64,000 nucleotides of DNA from Octopus sinensis (Eukaryota), in contig NC_043008.1 in NCBI RefSeq assembly GCF_006345805.1, positions 5,704,001-5,768,000 on the forward strand, written 5' to 3'. The position numbers were made by a program, and so were the translations under genes. Below are positions 41,718 to 53,649 of this stretch, piece after piece. Position 1 is the first letter of the stretch. Each line of letters opens with the position of its first letter. Under the pieces are notes generated by a model that saw only the letters and a list, made by a program, of their open reading frames with translations, made no database searches and was not told the DNA's origin.

Positions 41718-41971
41718 AAAAACAATTGCAGCGTGAAAGATGCTTGTAAGCCGTTTAAGAATACAGAAAAAAACTGTTAGATTCACTTCAGCATTTAAAT
41801 TTAATTTGCGTCAAAATATTTTCGTCGCTTTGAAACCGCCGCCTTTTCACTGACAAAACTTCGAAAATATTTTGACGCAAATTAAATTTAAATATCGAAG
41901 CGAATCTATCGTTTTTTTGTGTGTATTTTTGAGACGGCTTAGAAACATCTCCCACGTTGCAATTGCTTTTT
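41718..41971. repeat. ~105-bp-arm inverted repeat (Penelope inverted-pLTR-like)
   Basis: Inner 32 bp perfect (41793-41824 vs 41862-41893), outer arms imperfect; spacer has a hammerhead-like layout on the minus strand. Confidence 0.85.
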
Positions 41972-41973
41972 TT

Positions 41974-42046
<73 letters not shown>

Positions 42047-42050
42047 TACT

Positions 42051-42272
42051 ACTCGAGTAGTCCAAATTTATAAATATAAATACACACGTATGTGCACTTC
42101 CGTACAAAATATATACACTCACGCACAGTAGCACACATATACCCCCCACACGCACTCACTCATACACACACACATATATAATACTTACACACATCTACAC
42201 ACATCCACACATGTATATATGCATGTGCACGTATGTGTGAATTTATATTTATAAATTTGGAAGTACTCGAGT
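42051..42272. repeat. ~47-bp-arm imperfect inverted repeat
   Basis: actcgagta-gtccaaatttataaatataaatacacacgtatgtgcac vs reverse complement of 42225-42272. Confidence 0.8.
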
Positions 42273-42640
42273 GTTCTCACATAAAATGATTTAGAAATTA
42301 ATCAATTTGTAGTAAACGCATTTCATTACAAAGATACCAAGATCAATGGAAAGGAAACTGCAATTATGATTTTTCTATAAGTTACCTCCCACGATCTGTA
42401 TATTTATCGCCAAATTCCTTACAGTCTCGTGTAACTTCGTTTATTCTCATCCAAGATGGAGACATCTCCAACGTTTCCATGTGACTACAATGTTTTCACG
42501 TGGTTACGACGTTCCCATGTCGATAATTGTTGAGATATTTCTCTGTAATGAAACCATTGGTAGCCTTATGAACCCACAAATAAAGAATATTTATCCACGA
42601 ATGCGGTGTTGAATACTCATGCTTGGTGTTAAATATTAGC

Positions 42641-42718
<78 letters not shown>

Positions 42719-43521
42719 CAGAAAAAATTGGTTTTAGGTGTGAAATTACAACTGGGTTTGAAAAGGAATTTTATTTTTTTTTAATTTCCTAAATTTCCGG
42801 TTTTAACTTTTTTGCTTTCAATGCCAAATTAAAAATAAGAAAACACGATTAATATTCAAAAGAAAGAAAAGGAACAAGAAAATATTTCAAAGCAATAAAA
42901 CATGCTCAAAAAAAGAAAAAAATCAAATTTTCAACGGATTTCATAGCAAAATTACATGATAAATAGTCAAGTGTTCAATAAGCTACACAATGATAGAAAT
43001 GGTAAAAGTTCAAAAGTATAAATATCAAGGCAATAATAGATGATAGAAATTTAAAGTTCAATAAGTTTCGTAGTCATAAATTATGTTAGCAGTTAGGCAT
43101 TATGAAGATTTTAAAGTATAAGAACATTTTTTTGTTACCAGTATTGTCGTGTTGTATAAAGTAGAATAGTTTGCTGTTTGCTTTGCTTGTGCGAATGTGG
43201 AAGTTGAACAATGTTCTAAGCTGATATCGCCTTGTTTATGTTGGTCTTAAGAAATCTGTTCATGTCCAGGTTGGCTATTTATTCAAAGACGTCATTTGTT
43301 TTATTCCACCTGTGACCCAGAGAGTTGGTTGGGTGACTGCCTTGGCACTTCATTTGTTAACCATACGTTCTGCTTACTTCTCATTGCTCGTAAATAATCC
43401 ACCGTTCTGGTTTGGCTGACCGCTTTGTTTGTCAAGTGTCCTGGTCACGTGTTCTTGTCTGACATTAGTCTAGCGTTCCAGTTGGTCGATTCCGTTATGC
43501 TTGTCACTCGTCTTCCTGATG

Positions 43522-43652
43522 TCGCCGAGGTCGACTTTACTTTTCATCCTTTCGGGGTTGATAAATTAAGTACCAGTTGCGTACTGGGGTCGATCTAATC
43601 GACTGGCCTCCTCCCTCAAAATTTCGGGCCCTGTGCCTAGAGTAGAAAAGAA
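43522..43652 (+). mobile_element. SINE family B, 5'-truncated, tail type 3
   Basis: cgccgaggtcgacttt...ctggggtcgatctaatcgactggcctcctccctcaaaatttcgggccctgtgcctagagtagaaaagaat. Confidence 0.88.
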
Positions 43653-44370
43653 TACTTTACGCTATATCTCAACACACAACTCCAGATATAACACATACAT
43701 CATCCATCAGATGTGTGTGTTTATAGCTAGATCTATATGACACTCACACCATTGAAGTTCCAATGGCTTTTTATCCTTGATGTTATTGAAGCAAATAAAT
43801 CGGCGTTGCTGTTATCCCATTGCAGTAGTTTGACGGCATCTTAATTTTACTGTTATTTAGAATAAGATTGCAGTCTACACTACATTCACTATCCGTAGCA
43901 AACTTGCTGAAGATATCTGGTTTGGTTTTTGATTGGTCGAATTTACTGCAGTTTAACAATGTTTCGCTTGTTCTCATTTTTTTCTTGAAACTGTTCGTTT
44001 ATATGTCTCTGCTTATTGCCAACTAAACTATCGATCTGTTTATTTCAAAGATGTTGATGTTTTTATTTTTTGTCACTAAATATTTTTAATAAATGGTTTA
44101 TTGTTCTGCTCTTTCATTGGCTGGTTTTTGTAAAAGAGATTAATTACTATATAACTGCGGAAACTGCGGAGACCTTGTTTTTTGGTTTTTCTAAAACTAT
44201 CCTTATATGTAGAATTTCTCATTGAACAATTCATCAGTCGTTCCCTTTATTCTCAGGTGTATTTTAAACATTTCTTTACAACTTATTTCTTCTTTAGTTT
44301 ATTTATTGTTCTTTATATTCCTTCTAATACGCCATTTGTATCCTGTATCGCAGAAGTTGTCTCTCTTTCA

Positions 44371-44502
44371 GCAATGAATATCTGGGCAGTTGTGGTGGTC
44401 AGATGTAATGCGTCCATCCTCAAATGGACTAAGGAGCAAATATCAACACTGGATAGAAGGACGAGAGAGTTGATGACGCTGCATGGGACACTAAACCCTA
44501 AA
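44371..44502 (+). mobile_element. R4/Dong-type LINE fragment, near-identical to 47612-47724
   Basis: AMNIWAVVVVRCNASILKWTKEQISTLDRRTRELMTLHGTLNPK. Confidence 0.8.
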
Positions 44503-44544
44503 TATTTTGAATAAATCGTTTATCGAACGTTTCATCTTTACTCT

Positions 44545-44758
44545 GGATGCTGGCTTTGCTGGGTGGAGGTGCTTATCTCCCCTTTGTAAACATAAGGACA
44601 CAGGAAATGTATCAAGGCCAACAGTAAACGGTGTTTCCTAGGGCTAAATGACAGTAGCATTCTTCCATTTCATGGGACTGTCACATTAAGTTGACAACAT
44701 ACCATCACTTTATTGTGCTGCCACTGTATAAATCTCTCTGAGAAATTTAGAAATGTAT
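44545..44758 (+). mobile_element. Second copy of the Penelope-like pLTR repeat seen at 11950-12207
   Basis: Pairwise similarity by eye. Confidence 0.65.
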
Positions 44759-45446
44759 TATTTCAAAAATCGTTTATTGTTCTGCTCTTTCATTGGCTGG
44801 CTTTACTAAAAGAGATTAATTACTATATAGCTGCGGAAACCGCGGAGACCTTGTTTTTTGGTTTTTCTAAAACTATCCTTATATGTAGAATTTCTCATTG
44901 AACAATTCATCAGTCTCTTGATGAATTCACCTTTATTCTCAGGTGAATTTAAAAAAAATTCTTTACAACTTATTTCTTCTTTAGATAATTTATTATTCTC
45001 TATATTCCTTCTAATACGCCATTTGTATCCTGTATCGCAGAAGTTGTCTCTTTTTCAGCTGTTATTTATATCTCAATTTCCTAAATAGAATTTTGCAATA
45101 TTCATTAGTTGCTTTATTTCAAGTTATCCGTATTATTTTATATGTTCTTCTACTGCATATGACGCATGCCCATGAGTTTAGTTATGTAAGTAGCAATAGT
45201 TTTATAACCTACTTTATATTATTTTCGGTTGCGTTAAAAGTTTGCTTCGGTAGAGACCTTGCGTTTTAGAAACGAATGTTAACCGAATATATTCTATCAA
45301 TTTGGCCTTGAGCATTTCACTTGATAGTCTTTTATGATTTGCCGCTTTGTCATTCTGGCAACACTGTTTTATTGCAGGCTACGTCATTGCGTAGGCAGTT
45401 AAGATATACATACATATTTATGATATAATATAACATAAAATAACAT

Positions 45447-45477
<31 letters not shown>

Positions 45478-45493
45478 TATAATATATATATAT

Positions 45494-45713
45494 TTATCGC
45501 CATACTAATATGGCATTCTTATAAAAATAAGAATAAAGCTGTCCGCTTATTAGCTCCATGAGGCCATCGCCTTAAGTTAGCTATTGATACACAAACTGTA
45601 TCCATATAACCTTCGAACAAGGGAGGTCAGTCGCTCCACACTACTTGATGGAGCTAATAAGCGGACAGCTTTATTCTTATTTTTATAAGAATGCCATATT
45701 AGTATGGCGATAA
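45494..45713. repeat. Perfect 66-bp inverted repeat with 88-bp spacer
   Basis: 45494-45559 is the exact reverse complement of 45648-45713. Confidence 0.95.
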
Positions 45714-45774
45714 CTATTAATTTCCAGGAACGCTGCCGTGTTCTCTTTAGAGAGACTTAGTATTTTAATATTTC

Positions 45775-45829
<55 letters not shown>

Positions 45830-45832
<3 letters not shown>

Positions 45833-46012
45833 AGAGTTTAGGAAAAAAACAAAAAACGAAGACAGGTGGTGTACAAAACAAAAGATGTATTAGTATAACG
45901 CTCAGGAATAGAAAAAGTCTTTTACGTTTCGAGCCTACGCTCTTCTACAGAAAGGGACACAGAAAAAACAAGGAGAGAAAAAATATGTGTAGTGGCTAAC
46001 GATCTATCATGG
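45830..46012 (-). mobile_element. Penelope-like pLTR fragment in (TA)n with hammerhead-like motif at 45919-45954
   Basis: Minus: cttt-CTGTAGA-a-gagc(gtag)gctc-GAAAC-GTA-aaag. Confidence 0.6.
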
Positions 46013-46022
46013 CGATATATAC

Positions 46023-46082
<60 letters not shown>

Positions 46083-46174
46083 GTGTATATATATATATAT
46101 ATCTATATCTATATATATATCTATATCTATATATATATATATTATATATATATATATGCGTGCATATACATACA

Positions 46175-46210
<36 letters not shown>

Positions 46211-46221
46211 TATATATATTA

Positions 46222-46280
<59 letters not shown>

Positions 46281-47057
46281 GTACGTGCCTATTTCATATA
46301 TGGATATTGTGAATGTATAATATTTTTTTTATACAATTTTATATTTGAACATGTACATGTGGAGAAATATGTGTGCATACAAGATATATTTTGTGAAACG
46401 ATGTTGTTTTCTGCAGTGTTACTATCAAACTCTTCTTGCATCAATGCATAAAACAACACAACATGAAGCAACTCTGTTTTAATAAGTCTGAAGTTTATAA
46501 GAAAGTCTGCGTTTGATTTACATCCATACAACCACAGTGTGTTGAAGCGAACACCAATTAATCAGGCATTTTCTTATAAATTAGGCAATGATCTAATTAA
46601 AACAAAGTAAATATTAGCCTAAACACACACGCACGCATACACAGGCACTGCACACACAAACACACACGCAACATAATCTTAGAAAATTAAACATAAAAAC
46701 GGCTAATGACTCTGAGTTTAATTAGATGTTATCTATTAGAATTTCCGGTGAGTGAAGCCATAGAAGGATCACTTCCTTTCTGTCTTGGGTCTTTGCAATT
46801 GAAGTAGCGAAAGAGTGGAATAAACAAGAAATTTCAAAATGACACATTGATGTTTGGATCTTTTTAAAGAATTTCCTGAGAAATTATATATTGACTGAAG
46901 AGGCTGTATTAGTGTTTATTGTGTCGGTTCCATCTACGAGCAAAGCGAAGTAGCATTTTGAAATAAAATTTAGGTGTTCGGTTTGGATAAAAGGTAAGGA
47001 AGAGAAAGAGTGGTCAACTGAAGGACCCATTGTCAAGAAGAGCATCACTGCAAATGG

Positions 47058-47170
47058 ATTCTTCTTCTTCTTCTTCTTCTTCTTCTTCTTCTTCTTCTTC
47101 TTCTTCTTCTTCTTCTTCTTCTTCTTCTTCTTCTTCTTCTTCTTCTTCTTCTTCTTCTTCTTCTTCTTCT
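47058..47170. repeat. Pure (CTT)n tract
   Basis: Direct reading; gives the poly-K ORF. Confidence 0.97.
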
Positions 47171-47254
47171 CCCTTTTCTTCGTATCATTAATGATAACAA
47201 CAACAACAACAACAACAACAATAATGATGGGCCTTCCTTTTTTATTATTATTAA

Positions 47255-47725
47255 GAAAGCCCATCATTGAACCATATTCTGTTTATGGATAACCTGAAAT
47301 TGTTTGGGAAATCTAAAAAAAGAAGATATTCCTTAACCAAAACAGTCCAGAAGTGTGGTAGGGACATCGGTATGGAATTTGGGACCACCAAATGCTCAGT
47401 AATTAATATGAAAGGAGGGTAAAAAGCAGTCTGCAGAGGATTGCGGTTACCATCAGGAGAGACCATGGGTGAACCCGACGGTACTGGGTATAGATATTTT
47501 GGGATTTTGGAGCTGGATGACATTCTATACAGAGAAATGAAAGTCAAGGTCAGCGAGGCATACCAAAAAACGGTGAAGATGGTGAACCTGAATGACAAAC
47601 ATTTGATTACCGCAATGAATATCTGGGCAGTTGCGGTGGTCAGATGTAATGCGTCCATCCTCAAATGAACTAAGGAGGAAATATCAACATTGGATAGAAG
47701 GACGAGAAAGTTGATGACGCTGCAG
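47255..47725 (+). mobile_element. R4/Dong-type LINE RT fragment
   Basis: LNHILFMDNLKLFGKS...DIGMEFGTTKCSV...YRYFGILELDD...AMNIWAVAVVR. Confidence 0.85.
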
Positions 47726-48666
47726 GGGCCCCTGTTGAAATCAAACTCTGGAAGGGGAGTTATCCATAACCAGCTAAATACCTTAGAAGAAACCTTTGTA
47801 TTCGCTAGCCAACGAAGAGCAGCAACACGGATCAGTATCTAAGAATCCGAACAAGAGATAATGGGGAGGTTAGGATGGATTGGGTACTCACTATAGAAAT
47901 CAATAACGAGTTCTACCAGAAAGACCTTTCAATGGAACAGATCAGGAAAATAGCAGTCTGATAAGTATTAGCTGTGGATGACACTATAGACCAATATGAA
48001 GGTTACCAGAAACATTTGGAGTGAAATAAAAAAGCATGGTTCAAGACAGGAAAATATTAAGAATTATTGTCAATGATCTAAATCTCAACTAGACAACACA
48101 CAAATATAAAATCGTGATAACTTGTGGAGGGTGTAGCTGTTCTGTGAAACTGATATCCACATAAGATTTGTTGAGTAAATAAGAGAATTAGATGTCGTTG
48201 TACCGGATGCTGTTATTCTCTGCCCTCCAGACGAAGAACTTTCTTGTATTTCAATCTCGAGTAAATTGAGTTGCTAACAATATGGAATTCATTTCAGATA
48301 TTCCACAATGCGTTTTTACTGATATCATGTTGACACAACTGCATTGATGTTTAGCAAATATTAGTCTGTAAAGAATGCGGAAGGGTATTCCAAAAATAAC
48401 AACTTCAAACCTTTTAACTGTGTCTGATGATCAAATACAGGAAAAGTCTGCTAAAAGATTCAATTTGAAGTTATCAACGTTTAGTTACATTGCTTGAAAG
48501 TGATAAAGTGAAGGGGAAAGTTTCCAATGAGTTTAACAGGCTTTTGTGGCTATAGCAGAGGTTTTGGTTGAGAAGATTGACAGAGAAACGGGAATGTAAC
48601 AGATCGGAATGTTCTGCTTGTTTTTGCTTGGAAGAAGGATTAGCTGCGAGAAGGGGAAATCAAATA

Positions 48667-49278
48667 ATCTTTTCTACACTAGGCACAAGGCCCGAAATTT
48701 TGGGGAAGGGGCCAGTCAATTAGATCGCCCCAGTACGCAACTGGTACTTAATTTATCGACCCCGAAAGGATGAAAGGCAAAGTCGACCTCGGCGGTATTT
48801 GAACTCAGAACGTAAAGACAGACAAAATACCGCTAAGCATATCGCCTGGCGTGCTAACGTTTCTTATTTCTTTACTGCCCACAGGGGGCTAAACATAGAG
48901 GGGACAAACAAGTACATACAAAGAGATTAAGTCAATTACATCGACCCCAGTGCGTAACTGGAACTTAATTTATCGACTCCGAAAGGATGAAAGGGAAAGT
49001 CGACCTCAGCGGAATTTGAACTCAGAACGTAAAGACAGACAAAATACCTATTTCTTTACTACCCACAAGGGGCTAAACACAGAGACAAGCAAGGACAGAC
49101 AAATGGAATAAGTCGATTACTTCGACCCCAGTGCGTAACTGGTACTTATTTAATCGACCCCGAAAGGATGAACTGCAAAGTCTACCTCGGCGGAATTTGA
49201 ACTCAGAACGTAACGGCAGACGAAATACCGCTAAGCATATCGCCTGGCGTGCTAACGTTTCGGCCAGCTCACCGCCTT
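48667..49278 (-). mobile_element. SINE family B nested trimer inside one 14-bp TSD
   Basis: TSD ggg(g/a)aaatcaaata at 48653-48666 and 49279-49292; two tail-1 units and a terminal tail-3 unit. Confidence 0.9.
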
Positions 49279-49619
49279 GGGAAAATCAAATATTGTCGCT
49301 AATATGGTCTTGATCCTTATAAGTTGATCATCTTGTAAGCTTCTTCCTTTTCTGTGCTCATTCAAGCGAGATTTAGACGATAAGGTGTTATGTGATGGGT
49401 GATAAGTGAGGCCTTCAAAAGATTTACAGACTGGTTCAACTTGAACCTTTTTTTGCAATGAGCTCACGAATGAAATGTAAGGGAAATCGTTGGGAGATAT
49501 TTGCGTATGATGGTGTCAGTTGTTCGCCATGGGAAGGAATTTAGCTGTTGTGCTGTTATATCACCAGTCCTGTTATCTGTATTTTCTGTATAACTAAATA
49601 ATGTGTGAGCATGAAGAAT

Positions 49620-50018
49620 AGGCGTAGGAGTGGCTGTGTGGTAAGTAGCTTGCTTACCAACCTCATGGATCCGGGTTCAGTCCCACTGCATGGCACCTTC
49701 TACTATAAACTCGGGCCGACCAAAGCCTTGTGAGTGGATTTGGTAGACGGAAACTGAAAGAAGCCCGTCGTATATATGTACATATATATATATGTGTGTG
49801 TGTATACGTTTGTGTGTCTGTGTTTGTCCCCCGACATCGCTTGACAACCGATCCTGGTCTTACGTCCCCGTAACTTAGTTACGGGCAAAAGGAACCGATA
49901 GAATCAGTACTAGGCTTACAAAGAATAAGTCCTGGGGTCGATTTGCTCGACTAAAGGCGGTGCTCCAGCATGGCCGCAGTCAAATGACTGAAACAAGTAA
50001 AAGAGAGTAAAAGAGAGA
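49620..50018 (+). mobile_element. SINE family A, full length
   Basis: ggcgtaggagtggctgtgtggtaag head to ggcggtgctccagcatggccgcagtcaaatgactgaaacaagtaaaagagagtaaaagag tail. Confidence 0.93.
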
Positions 50019-50297
50019 ATATTCCGAATATTGGTTAGTATTTGAGACTGCGTTAACGGATTGTTGTTCGACCGTGTGACCTGGTGAGAATGTTGGTGAA
50101 ACTGGAGACGCTGATAGATGTAGTATGTTAGTATGCTGTGTGTTGTTGATTTTTACGTTATATCTTTGCATTTCCCGTGTGTTACTGTGTTCACTTAACC
50201 ATTGAGTAATACCTGTAGTATGCTTGTACCGAATGTGTTTTATGACGCTTCCAACACATCTTGGGCGCTTTCATCTCACCCAATGTATTTAAAATGA

Positions 50298-50735
50298 GGA
50301 TCTTTTCGGTTTGAACGGCAGTTTTTAACATAATTTCTAGGTAACTAAAACATTTTAAACTTCGTATACTGGTAGAATGTGTTTATAAAACATTTTTTCT
50401 CTTGGCTTTATTGGATAAAATTCTATAGTTTGTAAGATATTTGTTGTTTTTTTCTTCAATTTCTGCAGTTTCAACCAATCAGTGATGTCTATTGAGTTAA
50501 AAACCATTCTGTGTCGTATGAATATGTCCCTCGTCTAAGAAACAGATTGGGTTTACTTACATTTGTGAAGAAGAAAAGATACCCTTCCTCCCGCCCCTAA
50601 CCCTAACCCTAACTAACCCTAACCCTAACCCTAAACAGATTGAAATGCAATAGATCGATACTAGGGTCATAATTATGGGTGACAATTTCATATGACACCG
50701 CTAGAAAAAAACTGTCGTTCAAACCGAAAAGATCC
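50298..50735. mobile_element. MITE with ~29-bp TIRs, 8-bp TSD and internal (CCCTAA)n; possibly Merlin superfamily
   Basis: TIR ggatcttttcggtttgaacggcagttttt / aaaaactgtcgttcaaaccgaaaagatcc; TSD taaaatga at 50290-50297 and 50736-50743. Confidence 0.9.
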
Positions 50736-51639
50736 TAAAATGAAGATGCTACAAGGGCAAGAGTTAGCTGTTACTGTTGCGTTGTAATAATTATTCTAAT
50801 GTTTTTTGTCTTATCTTTTTTATATTGGTTGTTGCTTGTTCTAGGTGTGAATAGTCCATTTTATTATCTACTACAATACTACGAGTCTAAGAAGGGTGAT
50901 AATTGCAACATTTTCATCTCTATTTGTTATGTTCTATGATTTCGGATGTATTTATTTAAGTTTCTGATATTTTCTGTTGTCTGTTTAGTGTGACTGCATC
51001 TTTGCTCTTATTCTTTGAAGTATTTTGTTTCTCATTTCCGTAATTTTCAGATTATTACAATCTCGATACTTAATCGCATGGTTTTTCATGTTAAATATTT
51101 GTCGTCCGACTGCGTTCTAACAACAATCATGTCGTCTTGTTTTTGGTTGATTGATTTAAGTGTAGCCAATCTTAAGACGCTAGATTAATCTCATTCAAAA
51201 TAACCCAAACACACAAACAACAGAGACAGAATCAGAGCCAGTTAAGTGAACAGTCAAAATTACATATATCCGACATAAAACACAAAAACAAGTAAATGTA
51301 GAGTATTTACCATTAACGAATGGTATAATCACTCGTCAAAATAATAACTTCAGACAACACAGCCAATTACGTAATATAAATCAAACGTTCTTATCGCAAA
51401 ATATTTCGGAAATCAGTAAATACAAACATACCTATCATTTAAGTTTGAAGTCTAGGATTAGTGTGTAAAGAACTCCTCTTTACCTAGATTGTTATCATTT
51501 TCAGGGGTTCTTTTTGCCAAAATGGAATTTCCCACCCTCTACCCTTCGTACACTTTACATAATAAATTACTGTTTTAACTTTTTAAACATTGGCCAAAAT
51601 ATAGACTTCATTGGTCTTGTCTTTTGATTTTTGGGTGCC

Positions 51640-51985
51640 TTGACAGAGAGACGTAAACACACCAACACGATGTTGGAGGGACAAAAACAGACACACAAAC
51701 ATATACGCACACATATATATATACATATACATATATACGACGGGCTTCTTTCAGTTTCTGTCGAACAAATCCACTCACAAGGCTTTGGTCGGCCCGAGGC
51801 TATAGTAGAAGACACTTGCCCAAGGTACCACGCAGTGGGACTGAACTCGGAACCATGTGGTTGGTAAGCAAGCTACTTACCACACAGCCAGTCCTACGCC
51901 TATGTTTCAAATCATTTCTTTTATCTCTTCTTTCGCCTCTAACTGATTTCAGTCAAAGGCTGTGGCGATGCTGGAGCACCGCCTT
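51640..51985 (-). mobile_element. SINE family A (51640-51901) plus an isolated tail fragment (51945-51985)
   Basis: Same head and body motifs as other family A copies. Confidence 0.85.
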
Positions 51986-52707
51986 TCAGTGTGTTTGGGT
52001 CACAATTCTGTACAGCTTTTAGTGAAAAAGCGTGTTGATTGGAACCGATCTTCCTCGTGCCTCCTGCCGCGATATCGGTTCATCTGAGATTTCAGTTAGA
52101 AATTTTCCAGATGCTTTTTGAAGATCCTCATATCTACACATCATTAATAATAAAGATAATATGTAATTACCAGGGTGACATGAGGTTACGCAATAACCGT
52201 AATGTTCCCAGTATTCAACAATCTGTAAAATATCATATTACTGAGTAAGTATTTATTCACAACGTACAGCATAAACCTGAAACAAAGGAAGAAGATTTTT
52301 CCGAGTTGAAAAACTTTTGAAATCTTTTAAAACAGTTCTTGAATATATTCGCTCGTATAAATTAATGGATATGAGAAAAACTGTGTCGTTAAGCAATTTA
52401 ATTATGTATACCTCGAAATATCTATATGGCTCAGTCAAAAACATTGCAATTCATAAGTTCCATTCATCCTTAATATCCAAATTCAAACTTGAAAGTGATA
52501 TATGTGTTAGTGCTTTTAACGTATGCCAATGATAAAGAAACGAAATACATACATGTGTGTTGTGTGTGTGTGTGTGCATGTGTGTATGTATGCTATATGA
52601 ATTCCAGAAACTATTTTGTAGGAATATTTTCAGAGTTTGCGTTTGCATTGACAATAACCATTTTGAAAGAAAAGGACGCAGATGTGTGTATTTGTTAGAT
52701 GGTATAT

Positions 52708-52773
<66 letters not shown>

Positions 52774-53649
52774 TATATATACACATATATATATATATAC
52801 ATACACACACACACAATATACACACACCACACACACACCATATATACGTATACATATACACATACATCTATGCATATATAATGATATATAACTATATTAT
52901 ATATTTATATAACATATATAATTAAAATATTATATATGTATATATGTATATGCATGTATATGTACTCTGTTACACTTATATGTACAAACACATACATGCA
53001 TATATATCTGCATATATACACAGATGCATACGCGCACACACACTTTTATGCATTAATTTTTAGTCTTCTGGAAACCCGTCAAAGAAACTCATATACAGAA
53101 TGCCTTTTGTACCGAAATACACCGAAGATCAGTCATATCAAAACAGCAGACATTAAAAGCGTGTGTTCGAAAATGTACCATTATCGTTAGTTGTTTTTCT
53201 CTTGATTCGGTTCTTTCAATATTTCTCATATATTTTGCATCGTTTATTCTTACCGATTCTTATGTTTTTCCATAATTTTTCGTTTCTTTGTTTATTTATA
53301 ACTTCAACAATAAGCAATAATTGCGGAAAGCTAAACCAAGTTAAACATTAAAAAAAAATTCGGTTTTCGTATTTATACGCTCATACAATTTCGACTTTTT
53401 AATCGACTAATAGCGCACGGAATACGTACGCACTTAGCAACATACAAATATGTATGTGTATATCTATTTCTGTCTGTCTGTCCGTCTATCTGTCCGTCTA
53501 TTTGTTTGTCAGTCTCACTGTCCCTTTGTCTATCTGCATGTGTGTGTGTGTGTGTGTGTGTATTTGTGTGTGTGTGTGTGTTTATGTATGTGTGTCTTTT
53601 GTTTTTGGGTTATTTTTCAAAATTCTCACCTACGGTTTCTTATTCTTTT

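Larger units (their letters stand above)
44096..45059 (+). repeat. Direct duplication of a ~280-bp segment (44096-44372 and 44772-45059)
   Basis: gtttattgttctgctc...gcggaaac.gcggagaccttgttttttgg...gtatcgcagaagttgtctc in both copies. Confidence 0.88.

Noticed and set aside
48667-49278. Regularly recurring gtcga...tcgac palindromes suggesting a CRISPR-like array
   Set aside because: The intervening sequences are homologous SINE units, not unique spacers; eukaryotic context and no cas genes.
50595-50634. Chromosome end or fusion site
   Set aside because: Only ~6 units, enclosed within a MITE with TIRs and TSD.
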